Source: Candidatus Omnitrophota bacterium (GTDB lineage: Bacteria > Omnitrophota > Gorgyraeia > Gygaellales > Profunditerraquicolaceae). From it: a stretch of 64,000 nt of DNA. Both the position numbers and the translations under genes were made by a program. Location of the stretch: assembly GCA_041661605.1 (NCBI GenBank), contig JBAZUE010000001.1, positions 734,928 to 798,927 of the forward strand. The letters run 5' to 3'. The notes beneath the pieces are model-generated. The model did no database searches. It saw nothing but the letters and a program-made list of their open reading frames with translations, and was not told the origin of the DNA. Positions 28,056 to 37,166 of this stretch are shown here, piece after piece. The first letter of the stretch is position 1. The number at the start of each line of letters is the position of its first letter.

Positions 28056-28843
28056 TTACGTTTATGCTCCCGGAATGAATTATAGTACCCGCATATTCTT
28101 ACCCAAAAGTCCAGAAAGTTATCCGAAACGGAAGAAATACGTATTCTTTTAATAGCGTATACGTCATCGTTAGGATAATTTCTTCCCAAGGCAACGGTTA
28201 CGGCATATTTATAACCTGCCTGCTTCACCAACTCTTTTATATGAGGAGTAAACATACCCCCCACATAGCAGAATGTATCAACCGGTACCTTAAGTTTATC
28301 CTCAAACATCTTCTTGGAATCAATAATCTGCCTTCTTAGTTCTGCCTCGGATTCTATATCGACCAAAGGCACAGGCCCTAAAGTATGGCTGCCGATACTA
28401 ATTAAGCCGGATTCCTGCATTTCTTTAATTTCATCCCAGCTTAAACGGTCTCCCTGCGGCCTGCCTACTTCATCATAGATGGCAAAAATTGTTGCCGGAA
28501 AACCTAATTTTTTTAAAACCGGGTAAGCATAAATATAATTATCCTTAAACCCGTCATCAAAAGTTATGGCAACTGTTTTATAAGGTATTTTCTTTTTTTC
28601 CTGGATCAGGCGGCCTACTGTTTCAAGGCTGACAACATTATAATGATGGGACTTCAAAAACTGCATCTGCCGGACAAAGATTTCAGGGTTGACTATCAAC
28701 CTATACATCACCGGATCGCTCTTTGGGTTAACCGAGTGATACATCAGCACCGGAACCTGATAAAGGCTGCCCAGATATCCGAATAACGCGATAAACATAA
28801 CAATCGCAAGAGAAACAATGATTATTTTTTTTCTTCTAAGCAT
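28052..28843 (-). CDS. polysaccharide deacetylase (CE4 family), membrane anchored
   Basis: N-terminal TM, then VAITFDDGFKDNYIYAYPVLKKLGFPATIF (NodB motifs 1-2) and SIGSHT. Confidence 0.8.
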   Translation of the reverse strand: MLRRKKIIIVSLAIVMFIALFGYLGSLYQVPVLMYHSVNPKSDPVMYRLIVNPEIFVRQMQFLKSHHYNVVSLETVGRLIQEKKKIPYKTVAITFDDGFKDNYIYAYPVLKKLGFPATIFAIYDEVGRPQGDRLSWDEIKEMQESGLISIGSHTLGPVPLVDIESEAELRRQIIDSKKMFEDKLKVPVDTFCYVGGMFTPHIKELVKQAGYKYAVTVALGRNYPNDDVYAIKRIRISSVSDNFLDFWVRICGYYNSFREHKRK

Positions 28844-29919
28844 TTTTTATAAACCCTTTCTGTAGCATCAACCATTTTTTCTTTAGAAAAATTATCCGCG
28901 ATGAACTTACGCGCATTGACACCTAAATTATTACGCATCCGTTCATCACTAAGCAGGCGTATGAGTGCCTCTGCTAAAACTGCCGGGTTAGCAGGCTCAA
29001 CCAGCAGGCCGTTATACTCATTCTTAATCAAAGTCTTTATCCCGCCTACTGCCGAACCTGCAACAGCCAAGCCCTGCGCCATTGCCTCCATGAGCGCTAA
29101 ACCTAAACCTTCCTGCAATGAAGGCATAACAAAAACATCCATTGCCGCAAGCACATTTTTAGTGCCGCCTACTTGCGGCAAAAATATAACATTATTCTCG
29201 ATTCCTAAATCATCCGCTTCCCTGACAAGAGTATCTTTCATCTTCCCCTCGCCTATAATAAGCAGCTTAACCAAAGGAAAACTCTTTACAACAACCTGCA
29301 TGGCCTGAAGCAAATAAGTGTGCCCCTTAACATCGGATAAGCGGGCAACAATACCAACTAAGGGAATTTCACCTATGCCTAAATCATCCCTCAGCTTTTG
29401 CCGGGATGAGTTATCGCCAAAACTCTGTACGTCTATACCGTTATTAATTACGGTGATCTTCTGCTCATCCAGCTTAAAATCAGAAATCAAGTGCTCCTTT
29501 ACCTGCTCGCTTATAGCAATCATGGCCTTTCCCCAACAGGGAAACATCCTGCGTGATAATTTCGGCTTAAAAAAACCATGGCAGGTAAAAATATGCGGCT
29601 TAGCCGAATAACGGCTCAACAAATTCCCTAAAACCTGGGTAGTCCGGCTGTTAGAATGCACCAAATCAATACTGTATTCTCTAATTACTTTTCTAAGCAT
29701 AAAAAAACTAAAGATGATCTTCGGGCTGATTTCTTTTTTTGTTCTTAAAGGGGCCTTTATATGTTTTATGCCTGCTGCCGAAAATTTTTCTACAAGCTCA
29801 CCGCCACCTGAAGCCACATAAACATTATGGCCATTTTGCTTAAGCCCCTCTGCCAGAGTAAACAGATAGCTGGAAATCCCCCCCACATTAAGATGATTGG
29901 CTAGAAATAATATATTCAT
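28822..29919 (-). CDS. glycosyltransferase family 4
   Basis: MNILFLANHLNVGGISSYL N-terminus and the C-terminal EGLGLALMEAMAQGLAVAGSAVGGI (E-x7-E GT4 motif). Confidence 0.85.
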   Translation of the reverse strand: MNILFLANHLNVGGISSYLFTLAEGLKQNGHNVYVASGGGELVEKFSAAGIKHIKAPLRTKKEISPKIIFSFFMLRKVIREYSIDLVHSNSRTTQVLGNLLSRYSAKPHIFTCHGFFKPKLSRRMFPCWGKAMIAISEQVKEHLISDFKLDEQKITVINNGIDVQSFGDNSSRQKLRDDLGIGEIPLVGIVARLSDVKGHTYLLQAMQVVVKSFPLVKLLIIGEGKMKDTLVREADDLGIENNVIFLPQVGGTKNVLAAMDVFVMPSLQEGLGLALMEAMAQGLAVAGSAVGGIKTLIKNEYNGLLVEPANPAVLAEALIRLLSDERMRNNLGVNARKFIADNFSKEKMVDATERVYKKCLEEKK

Positions 29920-32009
29920 TTGATTAGCTTGTCTATTGCCGCGAGAACTTCCTCCGGGGTAATCTGCGTCATACAGCGTTTACTCCGGCATTTAGTTTTA
30001 TAGCAGGGGCGGCAGTCTAAATCCTTATTAATCACAATACAGTTTTTCCCCGGCGGCAGGTGACGGCGCGCGTCAGTAGGCCCGAATAACGCAATAAAAG
30101 GAGTCCCCACTGCGGAGGCGATATGTAAAGGCGAAGAGTCCGCTGAAATGAATACATGGCATTTCTTAATCAGGGCCGCCAGCTCATTTACGGTGGTTTT
30201 GCCGCAGGCATTAATAATCTTGGCGCCCTTCAGTGAACTTACGAGCAGCTCGGCGTAAACTAAATCCTGGGCTGTACCTGTAATCACTACGCGGATATCG
30301 CGCAACCCCAACTCTTCACAAAGCCGCATCAGGTTTTGTTGCGGCCAAAGCTTGGTGCTCCACCTCTTGGATGCGCTGATATTAATCCCTACTATTTTCT
30401 GCGCCTGGCTTAACCATTGAGCGCTTAAAAGCTCCTCCATATGTTTTACATCCTCGACAGACGGCCAAAGCTCAAGTGAATTGCCCAAAAGATCGATACC
30501 AAGCATTTTTAATATTCTGAACTGATGCGTTACCGGATCAATAGGGGGTTTATCGTCTTTAATACGGTGCCGGAGCAGGAAAGAAAACTTCCCGTTGTCA
30601 TAACCATAACAATTGACGCAGCCGCTTAGATAAGAAAGAATATGGCTGGCCCGGTTATTCTGCAGGTCTATGACTATGTCAAAATTCTTCTTTCTTAAGG
30701 CGCTGCCGATACTCCATAACCCTCTTAGCCCCTTATCGTTATTTTTTAAATCACAGACCAGAAGCTCATCAACATAAGGGCTTCTCAAAAGGACGTCTTT
30801 TGACTCCTCGCCGGTCAAAAAGCTTATCTTATAATTTTCCTGGGAAAACTTCTGCCAGAGAGATCTTAAGGCCGCGGTAGAAAGAATTATATCCCCCAGA
30901 GAACTCAATTTGATTATCAGGATCTTGAAATTACTTAAAGCATCGCGGTAAACATCAAGGGTATTCTTGACCATCAACTCTACCGTATATTTTTCCTTAA
31001 TCTTTATATAAGCATTTTCTGCCAAGCTCTGTGCTAACTGCGTATCTTCAAAAATACGCAGTACGGCATCCGCCATACTTTTATGGTCTGCAGGGGGCAC
31101 CAATAGCCCGTTTTTACCATCTTCAATAATATCGATCACCCCGCCTACTTTAGTAGCCACTACCGGTACCCCGCTTGCCTGGGCCTCAACAACTACCCGG
31201 CCAAACGCTTCATGAGTTGTCGTAGCTAAAACTACCAGGTCCAAATGCGCCAGTATCCCCGGAATATCCCTCTGCGTTCCTAAAAACTCTGTGCAATGCC
31301 AAAGTCCAAGCCGGCGCACCAGCACCTGAACCTCCTCTTTATACGCTTCTTTTGATGCCGGGGCATCGCCGACTATCCAGATTTTTAAACGCGGGACGCT
31401 CCGGGAGATTCGCGCCATAGCCTTAATAAAATGCAGGTGCCCTTTTAAAGGAGTGATCCTGCCGATAATGCCTACATTAAATTCATCTTTTCTCTTTGAC
31501 TTGGGATCAAGGTATTTGAATCTTTCCAGATCCACGCTGCGCGGCACAAGCCTGATCCGTTCATGGGGCACCGCAAAATCCTCAATCATATGCCGGGCAA
31601 TCACATTGCTTAAAACAATCACCCTCTTGGCCCAGCCCATTACCAGGCTGAAAAAGTGTTTTTTATAGTAACCATGGCAGGTAGTTATAAATACGGCCTT
31701 AGTCCTGCGGCAGGCAAAATAAGCAATCCATGCCGGTACGCGCGAACGGGCATGCACAACATCAATCTCCTCCCGCTTGATTATTTCAGCTAACAGGGGA
31801 ATTAATTTATATATCGATAAAATAGATTTCTTGTGCACTGGCAAAGTGTAATGCTTTGCGCCGCTGGCCTCAAGCTCTTTGACCAAGATCCCGCCGGCGG
31901 AAACCACAACTACCTTATGCCCCAGGCGCACCAGATATTTAGATAAATCCAGGGTTCCGGTCTCAACCCCTCCAACATTAAGTTCCGGTAATATTTGAAG
32001 TACCTTCAT
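29916..32009 (-). CDS. GT4-GT9 bifunctional glycosyltransferase fusion
   Basis: 697 aa. N-half is GT4 (MKVLQILPELNVGGVETGTL...EAFGRVVVEAQASGVPVVATKVGGV). C-half is GT9 (KILIIKLSSLGDIILSTAALRSL...ADSSPLHIA...CRPCYKTKCRSKRCMTQITPEEV). Confidence 0.8.
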   Translation of the reverse strand: MKVLQILPELNVGGVETGTLDLSKYLVRLGHKVVVVSAGGILVKELEASGAKHYTLPVHKKSILSIYKLIPLLAEIIKREEIDVVHARSRVPAWIAYFACRRTKAVFITTCHGYYKKHFFSLVMGWAKRVIVLSNVIARHMIEDFAVPHERIRLVPRSVDLERFKYLDPKSKRKDEFNVGIIGRITPLKGHLHFIKAMARISRSVPRLKIWIVGDAPASKEAYKEEVQVLVRRLGLWHCTEFLGTQRDIPGILAHLDLVVLATTTHEAFGRVVVEAQASGVPVVATKVGGVIDIIEDGKNGLLVPPADHKSMADAVLRIFEDTQLAQSLAENAYIKIKEKYTVELMVKNTLDVYRDALSNFKILIIKLSSLGDIILSTAALRSLWQKFSQENYKISFLTGEESKDVLLRSPYVDELLVCDLKNNDKGLRGLWSIGSALRKKNFDIVIDLQNNRASHILSYLSGCVNCYGYDNGKFSFLLRHRIKDDKPPIDPVTHQFRILKMLGIDLLGNSLELWPSVEDVKHMEELLSAQWLSQAQKIVGINISASKRWSTKLWPQQNLMRLCEELGLRDIRVVITGTAQDLVYAELLVSSLKGAKIINACGKTTVNELAALIKKCHVFISADSSPLHIASAVGTPFIALFGPTDARRHLPPGKNCIVINKDLDCRPCYKTKCRSKRCMTQITPEEVLAAIDKLIK

Positions 32010-33967
32010 AGTATTTTATCTAACGCTGCGCTTACTTTTAAGTTATCCCCCGGTAAACTCACCTCAGGATGAATCCGCCATATTTCTTCAATGGAGTTAA
32101 ATAACTCTTTAGTTTGTTTTAAATATATATACCTCTTACTTTGATAGTTTTTCAGGAAACGCTGATGCTTCCTGCTAAGCCCGCAAGCCTGAAATACCAG
32201 AACATATTTTCCTGCCATAACCGCCTCAGAAATCATTGAGATGCTTTCCGGAGAACAGATAATTACCCTGCTTAACCCCAGTATGCCGCCTACAGCATCA
32301 GGGTGATTTTTTTCATTAGCGATAATCAGAAGCTTGCAGCGTTTATAAGCTTCGAATTCATTTTTAATCGCCTGCTCCGCCTCAGGCGGAGTACGCCGGG
32401 AGGTTGAAACCAGGATATCCGCATCCAGCTCTTCGGCGGATTTCTTGATTTGGCCTGCCAACTCTATTATTGCCTGCCGGCTGATTGAAAATTTCCTGCT
32501 ATTGCCCCCGATTAAAAAACCAATGCAGGGTTTTAGCAAAGGGCCTCTTAAAAAATCAGATTGCTGCAGCCTGGCTGATCTTTCTTTTAAATAATCCGCA
32601 TCGACTAAGTTAAGCGCCCCTTCAGTTACCACTATATTTTTAGAAAGCAAACCCTGTCCCTCCGGATTGTCATGAGCGGGGATAATCGCCAGATCAAATT
32701 TTTTCAAACCCAGGCTTGCCGGCCGCATTACAACAATAGACTTGGCCTGGTTTACCTTAGCCAGTATATAATTTACCGCGCTCAATTTATCCCCGGCAGA
32801 GATAACAATATCAAGATTAAGGCCGATTAAACCCTGCCAGCTTTCCCTGGTAAGGGCATGACGCAGATACCGCAGGCAAAAATAGTATTGATACTTGCCG
32901 CTGAAATTAACCAGGCAGCTCAATATGAACCTTCTCAGGTTGCTGCGGAACTTTACCTGGCGGATAGAAAGAGTAGTTTTTACTCCCCGAATGGTCGATT
33001 GCCGGTTAATTAATTTAGCTACGCTTTCAGACTGGTGCAGATGTCCGGCCTTGCCATCGGAAATAATTAAAACCTCTTTTTCCTTGCCATATTTCCAAAT
33101 CTTATAAGTCCAGAGATATTCATAAGGATATTGCCGGATATATTTCTCATAAATACTAACCAGCCTCTGCAGGTTATCCCGCAGGTCTTTTTCCGTATTT
33201 CCGCTTTTAGTTACCGTATAAACCTGATCCAGTATAACTTTTGTGTAAGGCCCTTTTATGCGAGTATAAAAAACAGGAATGATGGAGCAGTCATACTTCA
33301 ATGCCAGCTTTACCGCTCCCGTTGACATAGAGGCAGCTTTGCCAAAGAATTCTACGATCTCTCCGTTTTTACCCCCCTGGTCAGCAGTCAAGCCGATGGA
33401 CTGGTTGCTTTTAAGCGCCTCGATCAATTGGCGCGGCCCGGTTTCTTTATGGATAAGTTTTGCGCCCTGTTTAATCCGGTAAGAATTAAGCAGGGCGTTT
33501 AACCGCGGGAAACCCTGTTCACGGACAAAAAGCATAAAAGGAAATCCCAGATTCGCGCAGATAATATTGGAAAGTTCCCAGCTCCCTTCGTGTGTGGCCA
33601 GAAAAATTACGCCTTTTCCCCTTTTAAAAGCCTCATCAATAAAATGCCTGTTCTCAATATGGATATATTTCTCAAGATATTGCTTATTTATGCGCGGAAT
33701 AAAAGAAATCTCCATAAGGTTCTGGCCAAAAGCCTGGTAAGTCCTGCGGGTAATCTTTGATGCCAGTTGAAAATCATTATTTGCCGCAACGGCCTTTCTG
33801 ATATTTGCGTAAGCGGCTGCGCGGTGTTTAGCATCAAAAAAATAAATAAGATCCCCCAGCCTCCTGCCTAAAAACAGGCTTGCATTTAAAGGCAGAAAAG
33901 AAGAAAAAAAACTGCTGGCCTTAAAGAGAAAACAGCTTAAGTAATCGGCGATCAAATTCTGCTTCAT
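32006..33967 (-). CDS. lipid A late acyltransferase (LpxL/HtrB family) fused to an ELM1/DUF1022-like domain
   Basis: N-half: LPLNASLFLGRRLGDLIYFFD and THEGSWELSN (the HxxxxE acyltransferase motif as in LpxL HFGNWE). C-half: LIISDGKAGHLHQSESV...GFLIGGNSRKF...LVSTSRRTPPEA, the SRRTP signature I associate with Mito_fiss_Elm1/DUF1022. Confidence 0.65.
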   Translation of the reverse strand: MKQNLIADYLSCFLFKASSFFSSFLPLNASLFLGRRLGDLIYFFDAKHRAAAYANIRKAVAANNDFQLASKITRRTYQAFGQNLMEISFIPRINKQYLEKYIHIENRHFIDEAFKRGKGVIFLATHEGSWELSNIICANLGFPFMLFVREQGFPRLNALLNSYRIKQGAKLIHKETGPRQLIEALKSNQSIGLTADQGGKNGEIVEFFGKAASMSTGAVKLALKYDCSIIPVFYTRIKGPYTKVILDQVYTVTKSGNTEKDLRDNLQRLVSIYEKYIRQYPYEYLWTYKIWKYGKEKEVLIISDGKAGHLHQSESVAKLINRQSTIRGVKTTLSIRQVKFRSNLRRFILSCLVNFSGKYQYYFCLRYLRHALTRESWQGLIGLNLDIVISAGDKLSAVNYILAKVNQAKSIVVMRPASLGLKKFDLAIIPAHDNPEGQGLLSKNIVVTEGALNLVDADYLKERSARLQQSDFLRGPLLKPCIGFLIGGNSRKFSISRQAIIELAGQIKKSAEELDADILVSTSRRTPPEAEQAIKNEFEAYKRCKLLIIANEKNHPDAVGGILGLSRVIICSPESISMISEAVMAGKYVLVFQACGLSRKHQRFLKNYQSKRYIYLKQTKELFNSIEEIWRIHPEVSLPGDNLKVSAALDKIL

Positions 33968-34976
33968 TCTTAGTTATATTAAGTTTAATATTCAGAGAAA
34001 ATATACGCGCTTGATCAAATTTTAACCTGGCAATCTTTACAGCGTCCTTTTCAGTCGTAATAATCGTATCCAAATTCCTGATCCTGACGCGTTCAATAAT
34101 ACCGTCTAAATCTGCCTGCGTATAATCATGGTGGTCAGCAAACCTTAAAGCCTCTATAATATCAACTCCCAGAGAGCCAACCGTCTTCTCAAACACCTGC
34201 GGGCTGCCTATGCCTGAGAAAACTACCGCAGATTTTCCTTGAAAGCTATCTGTCCTTAAGAGCTCGGCCGGTTTATTAAGATTACTAAAACTATCCGGCT
34301 TATGGCTTGATTCTACAATCAAGGCCCGGGGGTTAAGCTGTTTTAATCTGTCCGCAATATCTGAAGTATCCTGGCCGGGGTTAACCTGGGTCAGAACAAA
34401 TATATCCGAGCGGCTTAATCCTCCCAGCGGCTCGCGCAAGAAACCTGCGGGAAGCAAGCGGAAATTAGCAAAAGGATTTTGAGCATTAATAGTAACAATT
34501 TCTAAATCTTTGGATATCCTCCACTGCTGCATGCCGTCATCCAGGATCAATGTATCCGCGCCGCAATCTTTGATTGCCCGGGATGCCGACCTCAACCTGT
34601 TTTTATCTACAAGAACGGGAACTTGAGGAAATTTTCTTTGCAGCATCTCCGGCTCATCGCCCATACCTTGCATACCCGGAAGTTTTGCGTCCCTTTTATA
34701 ACCCCGGCTGAGCACCGCTACTTTATTGCCTTTCTGATTGAGTTTAGCAACCAGATATTCTACAAGGGCGGTTTTACCTGTACCGCCCAGGGTAATATTA
34801 CCTACGCTGATCACCTTGCAATTAAAACGCGCCGGATGCAGCCTATAAAAAACAATCAGGATAAACACAACTAAACCATAAACCAAAGAAAACACAAACA
34901 GCAGCCCCCTTAAGAACGCCGCTTGTGGCCCTTTTATTTTACCGGTAACTAAATTATAGAGATAGTCTCTCAACAA
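33921..34976 (-). CDS. lpxK: tetraacyldisaccharide 4'-kinase
   Basis: ISVGNITLGGTGKTALVEYL P-loop, LSRGYKR, LILDDGMQ blocks. Confidence 0.88.
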   Translation of the reverse strand: MLRDYLYNLVTGKIKGPQAAFLRGLLFVFSLVYGLVVFILIVFYRLHPARFNCKVISVGNITLGGTGKTALVEYLVAKLNQKGNKVAVLSRGYKRDAKLPGMQGMGDEPEMLQRKFPQVPVLVDKNRLRSASRAIKDCGADTLILDDGMQQWRISKDLEIVTINAQNPFANFRLLPAGFLREPLGGLSRSDIFVLTQVNPGQDTSDIADRLKQLNPRALIVESSHKPDSFSNLNKPAELLRTDSFQGKSAVVFSGIGSPQVFEKTVGSLGVDIIEALRFADHHDYTQADLDGIIERVRIRNLDTIITTEKDAVKIARLKFDQARIFSLNIKLNITKNEAEFDRRLLKLFSL

Positions 34977-34991
34977 AAATACCCCGGATAT

Positions 34992-35264
34992 CTAAATTAC
35001 TTTAAAAAGCATTAAAAACCCGATAATAATAAACAGGGACGCGCCGATATAGCGGATCAGCTCCGGCCTGATAAATTTAGCCAAAATCGCTCCCAGGAAA
35101 ACCGAGATTATCGTAACAATAACATAAGCCGATACTGAACCTAACCAGACAGAAACCGGCTTGCCGGTCTTAGCCGCCATACCAATACCAACTATCTGGG
35201 TCTTATCCGCTAATTCCGCGAAGAATACCGCGCCAAAAGTAGCCAAAAAAATCTTCCAATCCAT
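34992..35264 (-). CDS. UPF0016 (GDT1/TMEM165) family half-size cation transporter subunit
   Basis: 90 aa, 3 predicted TMs, with the family signature E-x-G-D-K-T rendered as FAELADKTQ in TM1. Confidence 0.75.
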   Translation of the reverse strand: MDWKIFLATFGAVFFAELADKTQIVGIGMAAKTGKPVSVWLGSVSAYVIVTIISVFLGAILAKFIRPELIRYIGASLFIIIGFLMLFKVI

Positions 35265-35304
35265 ACCCCTTCTCCTTTCTGCAAATAAGTTTCTTTAAAT
35301 AAAT

Positions 35305-35333
35305 ATAATAGCACACAAGGCACATCCAGGCAA
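35305..35333 (-). promoter_or_regulatory. possible sigma70-like promoter for the UPF0016 gene
   Basis: Minus strand TTGCCT (35333-35328), 17-nt spacer, TATTAT (35310-35305), 41 nt upstream of ATG 35264, which has SD GAAAGGAGAAGGGG. Confidence 0.35.
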
Positions 35334-35378
35334 ATGGTTTCAAGGATTAAAACGCTAGAATACCAATAAGATATGTAA

Positions 35379-36035
35379 TTAAAGCGGGATATAACCGGAG
35401 ATCTGATCGAGGCGGTTGACTACGATGTCGGCATTAGACAAATACTCTTTAGGAAGACTGGTGGAAATAGCAATACAGGGCATCCCTGCCCTCTTGGCTG
35501 AAATAATACCAAGGGGCGCATTCTCTATAACCAAACAGGCTTGCGGCTCAAGCCCTAATAGCCTGGCTGCCCTAAGATACGGCTCGGGATGAGGCTTGCC
35601 GTTTTTAACCTGATTACCGGCTACGATAGCGGTAAAAAGACCGCGCAGCTTAACCGGCAATATCCTTTTTACTTCATTGAACGGGCTTCCTGTAACTAAG
35701 CCCAGCATAAAACCCTGCTTCTTTAATTCCGCCAATAATTCATAAGCGCCATGGAAGATATGGCGTTTAAAATAACGCTTGAATACTTTCTGGCGCAATC
35801 TAAATATCGCGCTTAAAACTTTCCGCGTCGGCTTGATTTTTCCGCGTTTCAACAGCCCCTTAAGAGTAGTTTCCCAGCGTTCTCCTTCTTGCGCGTAGAC
35901 CTCAAAACAACTCACCCTAACGCCCCAGGGCCTTAAGGCCTCATACCAGGCGATAAAATGATACGGCATAGAATCAACAATCACTCCGTCCATATCAAAA
36001 ATAATTGCCCGGGGTTTATTTTTAAGTTTTTTCAT
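35379..36035 (-). CDS. HAD-IA family hydrolase (beta-phosphoglucomutase-like)
   Basis: ORF 35379..36197 overlaps the upstream gene. A start at ATG 36035 gives MKKLKNKPRAIIFDMDGVIVDS (DxDG motif I), LVTGS (motif II), and GKPHPEPYL...ENAPLGI (motifs III/IV). Confidence 0.8.
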   Translation of the reverse strand: MKKLKNKPRAIIFDMDGVIVDSMPYHFIAWYEALRPWGVRVSCFEVYAQEGERWETTLKGLLKRGKIKPTRKVLSAIFRLRQKVFKRYFKRHIFHGAYELLAELKKQGFMLGLVTGSPFNEVKRILPVKLRGLFTAIVAGNQVKNGKPHPEPYLRAARLLGLEPQACLVIENAPLGIISAKRAGMPCIAISTSLPKEYLSNADIVVNRLDQISGYIPL

Positions 36036-36045
36036 ATTCTTATGA

Positions 36046-36768
36046 TTATTCGGAAGGCATAAAGGAAAGATTACGTTCAATAAAATCAATGAGTTTCTGC
36101 TGTACATCGGCGGAGATGTTGCGGAATTCCACGCCGATCCCCGGATACTCATGCGGCTGCACCTCTTTATCCGGGATCCATACAACGGCCGCCTCAAGAA
36201 TGAGTTCTTCCTGTTTTGGCGCCAGCTTCATACTAAGCACTACTTCGTCGCCAAGCCTGAATTTATCGCAGCCGAATATAAACGCGCCCACCGCGCTTAA
36301 ATTCAATATATCCACTTTAAGGCAGATTGGAGAACCATGTTTTTTAGACTTTAATTCTATTTTTAAATCAATGGGCAGACGCTTGAACCTGCGGCGTAGC
36401 TGCATCTTCTTGATATTTTCAATCGCCTTATCATCCTTAAAACTATTCAAAGCCAGATCCTGCGTAGCGTAAATCTCCATGACCCTGTCCATTCCGGAAA
36501 CAGCAAACACCCCTTTAAGATGCGCCGGGATATTCAGGAACTTCATTCTGCCATGGTTATTGGCCACCTCCTTATAAGCGATGACCACCACGGATATCCC
36601 CATGTAATCAATACCCTCGACCTCCTCTAAATTACAAAGTATGTCTGTATATCCTTCACGCAGGCACTGGCCGACCACCTCCACAAGGTTGGCGGAATTC
36701 ACATCTATACGGCCGGACAAGTCTATAATGATTATGCTATCTTTTTGCCTTAGCTTGATCTCTAACAT
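36046..36768 (-). CDS. STAS (anti-sigma-factor antagonist-like) domain fused to a PilZ c-di-GMP-binding domain
   Basis: N-half is SpoIIAA-like (IIDLSGRIDVNSANLVEVV...EGIDYMGISVVV...LNIPAHLKGVFAVSGMDRV). C-half has both PilZ motifs: RRRFKR (RxxxR) and DILNLSAVG (D/NxSxxG). Confidence 0.7.
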   Translation of the reverse strand: MLEIKLRQKDSIIIIDLSGRIDVNSANLVEVVGQCLREGYTDILCNLEEVEGIDYMGISVVVIAYKEVANNHGRMKFLNIPAHLKGVFAVSGMDRVMEIYATQDLALNSFKDDKAIENIKKMQLRRRFKRLPIDLKIELKSKKHGSPICLKVDILNLSAVGAFIFGCDKFRLGDEVVLSMKLAPKQEELILEAAVVWIPDKEVQPHEYPGIGVEFRNISADVQQKLIDFIERNLSFMPSE

Positions 36769-37145
36769 GCCAATTTAAATTCTATTGAAGGGCCTGCCTT
36801 TAAAGTATTATGCACAGGGCAGTTTTTAATAAATTCCAACAAAGCCTTTTGCCTGCGCTCATCGATCAGGGGAGATTTTAAATCTATCTCAACGCTGATC
36901 TGCTTAAAACATAACACAGGCTCCTTAGAAAGCTCGGCAGTTACATTGACCTTAAAATTCTGCAGGTCTAATTTTGAACCCTCGGCGTATTTACGGATGT
37001 AAACACCGACGCAAGTTCCCAATCCGGCCAAAAGCGCATCCAAAGGAGTCAACCCCTTGCCTTTGGCATCGACGGTAAATTCACTTTCGCCTGCCTTAAC
37101 GCTAAAAGTCATCTCCTGATTATGCACAACTTCTATTCTATACAT
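36762..37145 (-). CDS. OsmC/Ohr-family peroxiredoxin-like protein
   Basis: 127 aa. LLAGLGTCVGVY (first Cys) and IKNCPVHNTL (second Cys) match the OsmC family two-Cys pattern. Confidence 0.75.
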   Translation of the reverse strand: MYRIEVVHNQEMTFSVKAGESEFTVDAKGKGLTPLDALLAGLGTCVGVYIRKYAEGSKLDLQNFKVNVTAELSKEPVLCFKQISVEIDLKSPLIDERRQKALLEFIKNCPVHNTLKAGPSIEFKLAC

Positions 37146-37166
37146 TTGCCCCCCTCTTTCTGCAGA

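Noticed and set aside
25015-32009. C-terminal Cys-rich tail (C-x2-C-x4-C-x4-6-C then I/V-x-x-E/D-E/D-V) of all four GT9 units as a novel metal site
   Set aside because: To my knowledge this Cys cluster is a common feature of many non-enterobacterial GT9 heptosyltransferases, so it is a family trait rather than a novelty.
35265-35378. yybP-ykoY manganese riboswitch upstream of the UPF0016 transporter
   Set aside because: This is the expected context, but the 114-nt spacer is AT-rich and lacks the GGGGAGUAG / conserved four-way-junction motifs. Only a plausible promoter is seen.
35379-36197. N-terminal extensions of listed ORFs (35379-36197, 56584-58101, 62199-62717, 17044-17976, 39176-39667, 45547-45822, 41035-41970, 1904-3040, 829-1935)
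   Set aside because: The extended starts overlap the upstream genes or use GTG/TTG codons. Internal ATGs with good SDs give N-termini matching the family consensus (for example DMDG for HAD, MAKISIIMGSQSDL for PurE).
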